From assembly GCA_013265495.1 (NCBI GenBank), contig MU058444.1, forward strand, positions 682,001-746,000: 64,000 nucleotides of DNA, in the 5' to 3' direction. This DNA comes from Vicugna vicugna. Its lineage: Eukaryota. The notes under the pieces were generated by a model. That model saw nothing but the letters and a program-made list of their open reading frames with translations. It ran no database searches and had not been told where the DNA came from. Shown here piece by piece: positions 37,991 through 49,359 of this stretch. The first letter of the stretch is position 1. Each line of letters starts with the position of its first letter. The translations under genes and the position numbers were made by a program.

Positions 37991-39389
37991 CAACCAGAGA
38001 TGACTAGCATTTATAATGTGGTTTCTTTTCTTGCAAGTCCCTTGCTAGGCATTTTCCTGCCCAATCATGCTCACCTCGTGTACATATATAACATTATGCC
38101 GCAGATAAGGACTTCCAATCACAGTTAATCGACTCCCCGCCAAGTTCAGTCTCCTTGTTTTGTTTTGTTTTCCCTAGCATTTCTGTCTCTCAATGGTACA
38201 GAAGAGGAGACTGGTGGAATTATAAAAAGGGGAAGAGTCCTTTGGTTCCTTAAACATGTAGCCTCGAGCTGGAAAGATGGCCGCCGCCTTCTTCTTTCTG
38301 GTTTTTTTTGGGGGGGGTGTCTTTTTTTGTTTGTTTATCTAAACAAGAAGTCAGAGAAGAAGGAAGTAGACAAGATCTTTGAAAATATTTTAAAGTATTA
38401 GAGTTACTGGCATATCACAGGTTCTCCTATTAACTGGGCTTTTCAATCCACTTCCATTGACTTGAGACCTGATGGAAGTGTTGCCATGATTCTGGGATTA
38501 AGTGGATGGATGGTTGCCCACCCTTCTCTTAAAGCAGGAATCTGCTTTCACGTTTTGTGCGTGTGTAACGTCCTAAGCATTTGAGGGAGACCTTAGCAGA
38601 ATTTGTGTAACTGTCTGTCAAACAATGATCACATTGGAACTCCCACCTGGACCTGCTTTTCAATAAAATCAATATTTTAAGCTAAAAAACTGAGACTCTG
38701 AATGTGCAATTTTACATATAAGAGAATGGGTAGGATGTTGTAAATATGAGACAGGGTTTCAGGTCTCAAAAGATTTGGAAACATACCTCATGGGTGGTTA
38801 CGTACACACATAAATCTCCTCCCACAAATATAAACATAATATTGTGTGGCCATATGTATGTGAGGGTGTATATGTTTACATAAACTAGTCCATTTAAAAT
38901 ACTTCCCAACATACAGAAACAATCAAATCAGAAAAATGATTAAAATTATGCAATCAATCAATAAAACCTAACAACAACAAAAAACAACAACCAAAAAACC
39001 ATAACTGAGACACCTCCTGAATGTCCATCAATAGAATATATTTTGATATAAATATAATTCGCTATATTCATAACTTCAATTAAAATGGATACAAAGGAAA
39101 AAAATAAAACCCAAACTCTTAGTGGATATTAAGTAATAAAAATACTTGAAATGATGGAAAAAAAGTTGAGATAAGCTTTAAGAACTACCACAAAATTCAG
39201 TGAAAAAGGAGAAAATGGCAGTCAGCAAAACCGTTCCTTTCTGTCACTTCGACATATTTGCCTGCTTTGCAATTTAAAAAACGAACCTATTAATTTCTCT
39301 GCCAACACCTTGAATAAGCTTTGAAGAGGACTCGGAGCTCCAGAAGAGAAGGGAGCCCGATTGACACCACTGGGTTTGTGGCAACTTGT

Positions 39390-39530
39390 TAGTAAGTTAG
39401 ATAAGTAACAATCCCATTTTACAGACAAGAAAACCAAAACAGAACTTGTGCTCCATTGCAGCTAGTTTGATGGGAAACCAAGAATCAGTCCCAGGCAGCC
39501 TGAATTCAGAGGGGCATAGATGACTACTTT
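39390..39530 (-). mobile_element. MIR
   Basis: ATCCCATTTTACAGACAAGAAAAC..CAGCTAGT..CCCAGGCAGCCTGAATTCAGAG. Confidence 0.75.
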
Positions 39531-41071
39531 GCTAGCATTTCTTTAAAAACTGATCATTGCTCACAGGCAACAGGGAGCAACCATGTCAAATATATGACAC
39601 TGAATGTATAACGCGTATTGAAAGCTGTATTTCAAATACTAAAGCCTTCCAGTAAAACCAAATTATTTTGGGCAGAAATGGACTCATTTTCTGAAAATTT
39701 GATTTGAGCAGTTAAGGTTCTTCTGATGGCAGACTACTGTACCTTAAAATAGAATATTCTGCAAATTAGTGATCGCTAATGAAATGGTATCATTAAAACT
39801 TCTTTTCCTCAAAATGCTTTTACTTTCTATATATAAAATCTCACTTGACATTTTTAATAAAATGAAAACTTTTGCTTAAAGTTACATTTTATGTAATAGA
39901 ATGGAAATCTAACTTTTCACATTAGAAATATTTATGGTAGAGTCTGTAATAAGGGGCAAAGTGGTTTCTTTAGGAACCAAAGAGTTAACTCCCACAGAAG
40001 TATTTTTAAATAGTGAAAATTTCAAAAGGAATTAGAATTTCACAAGGGATTGTTCTTGACATTTAAGATTCCTTTGTATTTAAAAATTGAAAGACCTATT
40101 TTTAATTCCTCTGGTATGTTACCGAGAGCCTTAGTTAATTAAAATTAAACGGTCTCTTGTAAACTGATGGGCTGTGAGCAATTTTACTTCAACTATAAAT
40201 TGCTTTCTTGTGCGTTAATATCTAAATAATATTTTTGCATTAAGCTGTAAATTAAAGCAAGCCATTTTGATCTATAAGTAACAATTACGGTTAGTGAATC
40301 TGAAAAAAAAAAATCTAACGTTTCAAAGACTGGACTTTAGCACTACCGTGGTTGGGATGGTAAGCCGACTAGCATTGAAATAACTCAAACCCTGCGAGGG
40401 ATATTTAAATATTATGCAAACATGTTTAAAGGCATGCTCTATTTTTAGTCAACTACTAACTTAAAATCCCGTTGATAAACCATTAGCCTCAGTTGCACTT
40501 GGAAAGAAAAGGCAGTTAAACACTCGCGGAGTACCTCATTACCTGCACAAATGAAGTGGTCACTAGCAAGAAGTCACTGCATGAATAGAAACAGTAAGAT
40601 GGGAACTCAAGCATGAAGGCAGACTTCTGCAATATTATAGGAGCCCAGTTAGGTGCCCTGAGACGCTGGTGGAGAGCGGCAGTTTGATGACAGTGCTCAT
40701 CAAATTAATAACCAAGGCTGTCTTGAATATTTGCTCTCTGCATAGCATCGTATCTGTCTTCTCTCTGCACAGCCTCATTGGCTGGGTAGAAATGCATAAC
40801 CCACCTGTTCAATGCATTTGTGTCCTGGAGATTCCAGACCACAGAACATAAAGCACTTTGTGGACGCTAGCATGTGAAAGATGCCCGATGCTAGAGATTT
40901 CCATTCATCCTCACTTTTTTCCCCTTAACTCTTCCTCCTCCCTTTTACCCACCCACTCCACTATCCCCCACCCCTAATTTCTGGGAGACTGTTCTTTTGC
41001 AACCATGGCCTTAGGCTATGCATGAGTCCTGAATAAAGAAAGAAACCCTGAGGTTAAATTAACGGTGGAAA

Positions 41072-41317
41072 ATGTTAGCCACTATATATAAAATTAGATT
41101 AAAAAAAGTTTCTTCTGTAGAGCACAGGAAACTATGTTTGGTATCTTGTAATAACATTTTATGAAAAAAATATGGAAACGAATATATGTATGTCTATGCA
41201 TGACTGGGACACTGTGCTGTACACCAGAAATTGACACATTATAATTGACTGTGCTTCAATAAAAAAATAAATAAATAACGACACATTGTAATTGACTGTA
41301 CTTCAATAAAAAATAAA
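41072..41317 (+). mobile_element. Short L1 3'UTR insertion with duplicated tail
   Basis: TSD TAACGGTGGAAA at 41060-41071 and 41318-41329. Confidence 0.92.
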
Positions 41318-41669
41318 TAACGGTGGAAAGTTTTCTCCGGCACATCATTTGAGGACACCAGTGGGGTGTCTCGACGTGCTGGCTGTGAGAGGGGTTTCTG
41401 ATGGAAGACTAGAGAGGACTCAGAAGTATAATGAACCACTTCTTTTCGACTTTCATGTTCAATGGTGACAAATCAGAGGCCACCAAAGTCTTGGATCCGT
41501 TTCATCTCCTTATCTTTGAAACAACCTCAAGGCCTTGACTCCTTTTCATTCATTTTTAATGCCTTGGAGATGCTGCTGTGGAAGATAATTTGGATTCCAG
41601 CCAGGTCTGTCTCATTGAATATGTCCAGTCAATACGAATGCTAACTGAAAAGGGACATCATGCCATTTT

Positions 41670-41914
41670 TTTTTTTTTGGTCAGTAGATGACATTCAGGC
41701 TTTTTTTTTTAATATTTAAAAGTATTCTTTTCTTTTTTTTTAATTTAAAAATTTTTATTGACATATGGTCAGTTACAGTGTGTCAATTTCTGATGTACAG
41801 CACCATGTCCCAGTCACGCGTATACATACATATATTCATTTTCATATTCTTCTTCATTAAAGGTTACTACAAGATATTGAAAATAGGTTTCTGTGCTCTA
41901 CAGAAGGAACTTTT
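41670..41914 (-). mobile_element. Short L1 3'UTR insertion with extra 3' sequence (putative transduction)
   Basis: TSD CATCATGCC(A/G)TTTT at 41656-41669 and 41915-41928; L1 part ~41750-41914. Confidence 0.85.
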
Positions 41915-42462
41915 CATCATGCCGTTTTATAATACTGTGATGCTCAGCTGCAAAGCCACGGGCAGAGATAAAGTCAGACCATGCAAATGTGTCTCCAGTT
42001 CCCCAGGAGGAACTCGCACAGTTGCATTATCAAATGAAGCTGCTCTCCACGGCTCAGCTTAGAATGTAAAAAGGCTTGCATAAATCCCAGAGCTGCGTAG
42101 CTCCTCATGTGACCTTTCCTCTTTTAGGAAAAGAAAAATCCTGGGGATTTCTAGGGACATATCAGAATTCACACTCATGTCTCTAAAGCAGATTTAACTT
42201 GAAAGCCTTTATGCTAAAGAAATCCACCTAATTTATTTATTTTTTTGCCTATAGACTTTCTGTTTCACCCTCTTCATCACCAGTGTATAATTATGTCAAT
42301 GATTTTACAGTTTGTCATTTTTGTATTTATAGTAAAAAATGCATTTTCATTGGATTTATTAAACAGTGAAAGTAATGGAAGGCTCAATGTTCCAGGCCAA
42401 GGATTCACCAAAGATCGCCTGAGGAGCCTGCCTCCTTCACAAGGCTGCCTTACTGTTTTTGC

Positions 42463-42640
42463 AATGATTCTCAAACATTAGTGTGTGAGGAAAAAAATTA
42501 GTTGGAGGGCTTATTAAAACACGGATGACTGAAAGTCACCCCCAAAGATCTGCTTCATTCTATCTGGGATGGGGCTCTAGAATTTGCATTTGCGACACAT
42601 TTCCACATGCTGTTGGTCTGACATGAAACTGAGAACCAAT
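42463..42640 (-). mobile_element. MER5A
   Basis: ATGATTCTCAAAC..TGGAGGGCTTATTAAAACAC..GGGATGGGGCTCTAGAATTTGCATTT..TGAGAACCA. Confidence 0.85.
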
Positions 42641-42799
42641 CACTGCCACAGTGGCCTCACTACATTTCTACACGGTAATTTCTTAGAAACAAATTCTATT
42701 CAATAGGGCATTGACTAATCAAATTTATTTTTAAAAAGGTTATCCTACATGGTGAATTACTCTTGTGAGATGACCTAGTGATAATGGTAGCTAGTATTT

Positions 42800-43848
42800 T
42801 TTTTAACATTTTTTATTGATTATAATCATTTTACAATGTTGTGTCAAATTCCAGTGTTCAGCATAATTTTTCAGTCATACAAGGACATACACACACTCAT
42901 TGTCACATTTTTTTCTCTGTGAGCTACCATAACATTTTGTGTATATTTTGAATTTTGAAATCCCAGTCTATCCCTTCCCTCCCTCCACCCCCTGGCAACC
43001 ACAAGTCTGTATTCTCTGTCCATGAGTCTATTTCTGTCCTGTATTTATGCTTTGTTTTTGTTTGTTTGTTTGTTTGTTTTTGTTTTTTAGATTCCACATA
43101 GGAGCGATCTCATATGGTATTTTTCTTGCTCTTTCTGGCTGACTTCACTTAGAATGACATTCTCCAGGAGCATCCATGTTGCTGCAAATGGCGTTATGAT
43201 GTCGGTTTTTATGGCTGAGTAGTATTCCATTGTATAAATATACCACCTCTTCTTTATCCAGTCACCTGTTGATGGACATTTAGGCTGTTTCCATGTTTTG
43301 GCTATTGTAAATAGTGCTGCTATGAACATTGGGGTGCAGGTGTCATCCTGAAGTAGATTTCCTTCTGGGTACAAGCCCAGGAGTGGGATTCCTGGGTCAT
43401 ATGGTAAGTCTATTCCTAGTCTTTTGAGGAATCTCCATACTGTTTTCCACCGTGGCTGCACCAAACTACATTCCCACCAGCAGTGTAGGAGGGTTCCCCT
43501 TTCTCCACAGCCTCTCCAGCATTTGTCATTTGTGGATTTTTGAATGACGGCCATTCTGACTGGTGTGAGGTGATACCTCATTGTAGTTTTGATTTTCATT
43601 TCTCTGATAATTAGTGATATTGAGCATTTTTTCATGTGCCTTTTGATCATTTGTATGTCTTCCTTGGAGAATTGCTTGTTTAGGTCTTCTGCCCATTTTT
43701 GGATTGGGTTGTTTATTTTTTTCTTATTGAGTCGTATGAGCTGCTTATATATTCTGGAGATCAAGCCTTTGTCGGTTTCATTTGCAAAAATTTTCTCCCA
43801 TTCTGTGGGTTGTTTTCTTGTTTTACTTATGGTTTCCTTTGCTGTACA
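42800..43848 (-). mobile_element. Young 5'-truncated camelid L1 (ORF2 C-terminus open, full tail)
   Basis: 225-aa ORF2 remnant; TSD GGTAGCTAGTATTT at 42786-42799 and 43849-43862; ~35-bp 3'UTR deletion near 42947. Confidence 0.98.
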
Positions 43849-43880
43849 GGTAGCTAGTATTTATTTAAAAATTATCATCT

Positions 43881-44513
43881 ATCTCAAAAAGATATCTGTA
43901 TCGTCTGTGTTCATTGCAGCATTATTTACAGTAGCCAAGACATGGAAACAATCTAAGTGTCCACTGATGGATGAACAAACGGATAGAGTAAATGTGTACA
44001 CACACACACACATAGGAATATTATTCAACCACAACAAGAAAGAAATCCTGCTCTTTTCAACAACACAAATGCACCTTGAAGGAATTCTGTTAAATGAAAT
44101 ACCAGGCAGAGAAAGACAAACACTGTATTATCTCACTTATACATGTAAAATCTTAAAAAAAAAACCTCACAGATATAGAGGACAGATTGATGGTGGCCTC
44201 TGGCAGGCGATGGTGTGTGGGGGTGGGCAAAGGGGTGAAGGGAGTCAAAAGGTACAAACTTCCAGTTACAAGATAAATTAAGTCCCGAGGATGCAATGCA
44301 CAGCATGGTGACTATAATTAACCATATTTTATTGCAGATTTGAAAATTACTAAGAGAGTAGATCTTACAAGTTCTCACCACAAGATAAAATGTAACTGTG
44401 AAGATGGATGTTAGATAAACTTATTGTGGTAATCATTTTACAATATATACATATATCAAATCATATTGCATGCCTGAAAAATACAATGTTATATATCAAT
44501 TGTAGCTTGATGA
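43881..44513 (+). mobile_element. Older L1 (L1MA9-like) 3' end
   Basis: '[14 protein letters not shown]' remnant; TSD AAAAATTA(T/C)CATCT at 43867-43880 and 44514-44527. Confidence 0.92.
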
Positions 44514-44527
44514 AAAAATTACCATCT

Positions 44528-44756
44528 GCTATACATCATTCTAAATATCATCCATGTATTCATTTAATTATCACAATAATTCTATGAGGTTAGCACTATT
44601 ATCTGATTTACAGATGAGTAAACTGTATCATAGTTTTAAGTCACACGGCCAGGAGGTGGTGGATTGGAGATCAGAAATTTATTATTATTATTATTACATA
44701 TTATAGTTATATATTATTATATGTATAACTCCAGGGTGCCCACTTTGAACTCCTAG
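44528..44756 (-). mobile_element. MIR (its tail lies at ~42778-42799/43863-43880, split by two L1s)
   Basis: TCATTTAATTATCACAATAATTCTATGAGGT..TTTACAGATGAGTAAACTG..AAGTCACACGGC. Confidence 0.8.
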
Positions 44757-44761
44757 ACTAT

Positions 44762-45038
44762 TGCTATGAATGGAATTATGTCCCCCTAAAATTCATATGT
44801 TCAAATCCTAACCCCTCAGTGAGCTATATTTAGAGATCGAGGCTTTAGGAGTTAATTAAGGCATGAGGGTGGGTCCTGATCTGACAGGTTGGGAGGTTTT
44901 GTAAGTAGAGGGAGAGCGCGGAGAACTCACTCATGCAGCATCCTGGTCTCAGACTTCCAGCCTCCAGACCTGTGAGAAATGAATTCCTGTTTTTCAAACC
45001 GCCCGATCTATGATATCACGGCAGACTGACCTAAGACA
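44762..45038 (+). mobile_element. MaLR solo LTR (MLT1A/B-like), internally deleted
   Basis: TG..CA termini, TGTCCCCCTAAAATTCATATGTT, GACTTCCAGCCTCCAGA; perfect 5-bp TSD ACTAT at 44757-44761 and 45039-45043. Confidence 0.93.
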
Positions 45039-45714
45039 ACTATTTCGCCCTGAAATGTGGATTAGAATTTAACCTATGCTTCAACATTGTATTTGTTTGG
45101 TACCCTTCTTGAACGCTGTTAGTCTTTCCAGTTTCTATATATTTGTCTTCAGTCAAGTAAAGGCAAAACACCCAGCACTCCCATCGGTAGGAAAAGCCTG
45201 TGCTAACGTGGGTGGTTCCCTTGGCCCCTCGGGCTGTGAGAGTGTCTGAGTAATGAAGGCATTAGCGATCATTTTAATCTGGTACTTCTGGAAAAAGTGA
45301 GGAAAAGATCTTATTAGATTCATTTTCTCTCTAGCACATTGCTTCACTCTGAATTTGATTGCCATTTCTGCTGTAATTTAAATCCTACTCCTTGGCTGGC
45401 ACAGAACCACTTGGTTGTTCAAATGGATTTTGAACTTCAAAGTGATGCCTTGGCTCAGGCAAATTTATTCAGACAATTCAAAACTCTAAATGCTCCTTGG
45501 GTTGTTCACAATGGGAAGGAAGTTCCGGGAGAAAACAGAACTGGGTTATGAAATAGCAGGAGGGCAATTAATAAGTAGATGTCCCACACTTACCTGGGTA
45601 GAAAGAAGAGATGCTAGTTTATGAAATATAGAAACTGCTTATGGCAATACAAGTGCACCTGAATAGGGCATTAATGAGAAATGTTTATAAGCGATCAGCT
45701 GTAGAATAAATACA

Positions 45715-46310
45715 CTCTTTTCATTAAGGTATGTCATATCAGTAGTAATACGCATAAATGTTAAGTGTACAGCTCAGTGAAGTTTACACTCAGGCTTATA
45801 TTTAGAACACACTCCAGAACACGCCCCCTTCCGCTTCCCAGTCAATAACCCCACATACTCAGCCTCCTTTCAGCGCAGATTCCTTCTGTTTGTGTTTGAA
45901 CTTCACATAAGTACTCTCAGGTCTGGATTCTTTCGTTTAACATGATGTCTGTGGAATCTGTGCAGTTACCTGCAGAAGTTCATTGCTTTTTAAAACCTTT
46001 TAATTGTTATGTAGTTTTCTTTTTTAAAAATATATATTTTTTATAGAAGTACAGTCAGTTTACAATGTGTGTCAATTTCTGGTGTACAGCACAATGCTTC
46101 AGTCATATAGGAGCACACATATATTTGTTTTCATATTCTTTTTAACCATAAATTGCTACAAGGTATTGAATATTGTGTCTTGTGCTCTACAGTATAAACT
46201 TGTTGTTTATCTTTTTACATATAGCTGTTAGTATCTGCAAATTTCATAGTTTTCAATTGTATGACTGTATCACATTTTCTCCATTTCTCTCTGGATGGCA
46301 TTTCTAGATA
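45715..46310 (-). mobile_element. Ancient L1M 3' region, interrupted by a younger L1 tail
   Basis: TTAAGTGTACAGCTCAGTGAAGTTT..CTTCCCAGTCAATA..TTTGAACTTCACATA. Confidence 0.7.
46020..46245 (-). mobile_element. L1 3'UTR insertion
   Basis: GAAGTACAGTCAGTTTACAATG..TCTGCAAATTTC; flanking TAGTTTTC at 46012-46019 and 46247-46254. Confidence 0.88.
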
Positions 46311-46359
46311 AGTTTCTATGACAATTTTAAATGTTATAAATATAAATATTTTGTTTGTT

Positions 46360-47390
46360 TGCATTGGCTTTTGGTGAGGACTTTTAAGTTCTGCTCTTTT
46401 AGTACATTTCAGTTATACAATATTTGTTACCAACTGGAGTCATCATGTTATATACTAGATTCTGGGATCTCCTTCATCTCTTATTCATCTTATAGCTGCT
46501 ACAACATATCCTTTTCCCAATCCTTCCCTGTTTCCCACACCCACCCAGCCCCTGCTAACTACTTTTCTATTGTTTCTATACACTGGACTTTTAAAATTTT
46601 ATTTCACATATAAATTACACTATGACGTATTTGTCTTCCTCTGTCTGACTTATCTCACTTAGTACAATGCCCTCAAAGTCCATCCACATTATTGCAAATG
46701 TCAAAATTTCCTTCTTTCAGATGGCTGAATGCTATTCCATTGTGTGTATGTAAATACATACACACACACACACACACAATCTTCTCTGACCATTCATCCA
46801 TTGAGGGACACTTAGGTTGTTTCTGTATCTTGGCTACTGTGAATAATGCCATAACATGAACATGGGGTGCAAATAATCCCGTTTTCATTTCCTTTGGATA
46901 TGAACCCAGAAGTGAGATTGCTGGGTCGTATGGTAGTTTTATTTTTAATTTGTTGAGGCACCTTCGTCCTATTTTCCATAGCGGCCACACCAGTGTATAG
47001 TCCCACCAACAGTGTACCAGGGTTTCTTTTTCTCCATCCTCACCAACATTTGTTATTTTTTTGTATTTTTGATAACAGCCATTCTAACAGGTGTGAGGAG
47101 ATACTTCATTGTGGTTTTAATACGCATTTCCCTGCTGCTTAGTGATGTTGAGCATCTTTTCATGTGCCTGTTGGCCATCTGTATGTCTTCTCTGGGAAAA
47201 AAATGTCTATTCAGACCCTCTGCCTATTTTTTAAGCAGAATTTTTTTTTTTTTGGCTACTCAGTTGTATGAGTTCTTCGTATATTTTGGATATTAACCCC
47301 TTTTCAGATCCATGGTTTGCAAATACGTTCTCCCATTCAGGAAGTTGCCTTTTCATTTTGTTGGTTTCCCTGGCTGTGCAGAAGCTTTGT
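46360..47390 (-). mobile_element. L1MA9-like ORF2 end + 3'UTR
   Basis: ORF remnant 'LKIKLPYDPAISLLG..KQPKCPSMDEW'. Confidence 0.92.
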
Positions 47391-48084
47391 AATAATTATT
47401 AAAAGTTTTCATTTTGAGGTCTGGCAGATGTGTCGGAACAATGCATCAGATAATCAGTGTGCCTGGTACTTTACATTTTGTTAAGATTACACTAAACTTT
47501 CTGTCCTATGGAACTTTCTAAAGTGCAGCATATTTGTACCTGTAGAAGTTCTACATGACTTTTCACTTTCGTATCTTCTTAGTATTGCTGCGAAGTTTGG
47601 TCTATTACTAAATCTGGGAGAACCCTAAAAACTTGTGAGGTTAAGAAGTCCATGAGAAGTTGCTGGCAACTTTCCATGTGAAGGAAGACCACTCCTGGGC
47701 TTCTTATATTGTGGGCAGTGATGCACTATTATTTCAGATTCCACTCAACTATTGCGGCTGGAAGCGGGTGGAGGTAAATTAGAAGGGGCAAGTTAAGGAG
47801 ACTCTTAAGTTCCATTAAAATATGTTCCCTAGGCAGATTGCAGGGGCAAGGTCCTCATCAGCTTAATGCCTTACCTTCACTGAGAGGGTGTTCTGTTCCA
47901 TGTCAAGTGTTCCAGCATGACTCAGAAAATAAATGCAGAACTTTGAGCTGGGTTAGAATTTCCTTCCCATTTTTTTTTTGCATGTACTATTCTTGTGAGC
48001 CACTTAAAAAGTAATGGCTCAAGAGGAATGAAAAACTATAATTCTGGAACACAGTGCCCATGCTTTGCCTGAAGCACATTCTTG

Positions 48085-48335
48085 TTCATTTATCCATACA
48101 GGAATCCAGTACATAAATATTGAACGCCTCCTACGTGCTGGACACGGGGCTTGCCACTTCTCTTATGTTCTGTATACCCTACATGGAGGCAGAAAAGTTG
48201 CAAGTTTAAATACAAATAACTAAAAAGTCAGAGTGTGTAAATGCTGAGAAAGATAAATACAGTCATAGAGCAAACTGAGTGGAAATCTATTTTAGGTCGT
48301 GTGTTAGGAAAAATGCTTTTATGAGGTGACAATTA
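48085..48335 (-). mobile_element. L2 3' end
   Basis: AATATTGAACGCCTCCTACGTGCTGGACAC..GAGGTGACA. Confidence 0.65.
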
Positions 48336-48924
48336 ATTAATACTCCAAGGACTTCATTAATAAAATAGGCAAAAGAGGAAAATACAGTCCATTGAATCTG
48401 TGTGTACCAAGGGAGAATTTGTTCATGACGATGCAAAGAGAAAATCTGGAGTCAGTGCCTTTTTTTGCAATCCAACAGTGGAATCATGACATGTTTCACC
48501 GTGGTGGTCCCAAGGCAGCCGTTAATTACGTTGAGAAAAAGATTCCGGGCAAGGAAGCGAACATGTAAGTCAGATTCATGAATCATGTCTAAGAAAAATA
48601 TTTTCAGTTAGCCTACTGGCACCAGAAACTGGAAGCAAATAGAGTTAAAGCCTACAAAATGTTTTAGAGAATTCGTTTGCTAAAGAAATCTAAAGACTAA
48701 GAAAAACAACAACAAAGCCTTTAGCTATTCTGCTGTCAAAGCGACTCCAAGGGCCTTGTGCATGAGCAAGAGACACGTGGTGACAGTTCTAGAAGTCCCA
48801 AAATCACATACGTACAGTTGTGGTCACGGATAAGGGACCAGAAAGAGCCTTCCAGAAGGTGGACCCAAGAGTCAGGACACATTTCTAATCAGAACCTTAT
48901 GAAAGCCATTTTCAGTTGACTACT

Positions 48925-49359
48925 GACTGCTCAGTTTCTATGAGCAGGTGGCTTACAGAGCAGAGATTATCGAGTCACATTTCTGGAGGCTGGAAGTCCG
49001 GGATCCAGTTGCAGGCAGGGTTGGTTCCTTCTGAGGACAGTGAGGGGAAAATCTGTTCCAAGCTTGTCTTCTGGCTTCTGGGGGTTGGCTGGCAACTTTG
49101 CTGAGTTGCTGCATCACCCATCACCCCGATCTGTGTCTACGTGTTCATGGGGCATTCTTCTATGCATGTCTGTCTCTGTGTCCAAATATCCCCTTTTTAT
49201 AAAGACACCAGTAATACTAGGTTAGGTCCCACCCTAGTGATGTTAAATTCTAACTTGATGACTCTGTAAAGACCCCATTCCCAAATCAAGTCACATTCTG
49301 AGTTGAATAGGAGTTAGGACTTTAACATACCTTTTTCAGAGGGAATTCAACTCAGAACA
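48925..49359 (-). mobile_element. MaLR solo LTR (MLT1B/C-like)
   Basis: TTCTGGAGGCTGGAAGTCC..GGCAGGGTTGGTTCCTTCTGAGG..TTATAAAGACACCAGT..AAGTCACATTCTGAG. Confidence 0.9.

Noticed and set aside
43589..44281. 230-aa ORF as a fusion gene
   Set aside because: Antisense of one L1 running into a degraded second L1; no evidence of function
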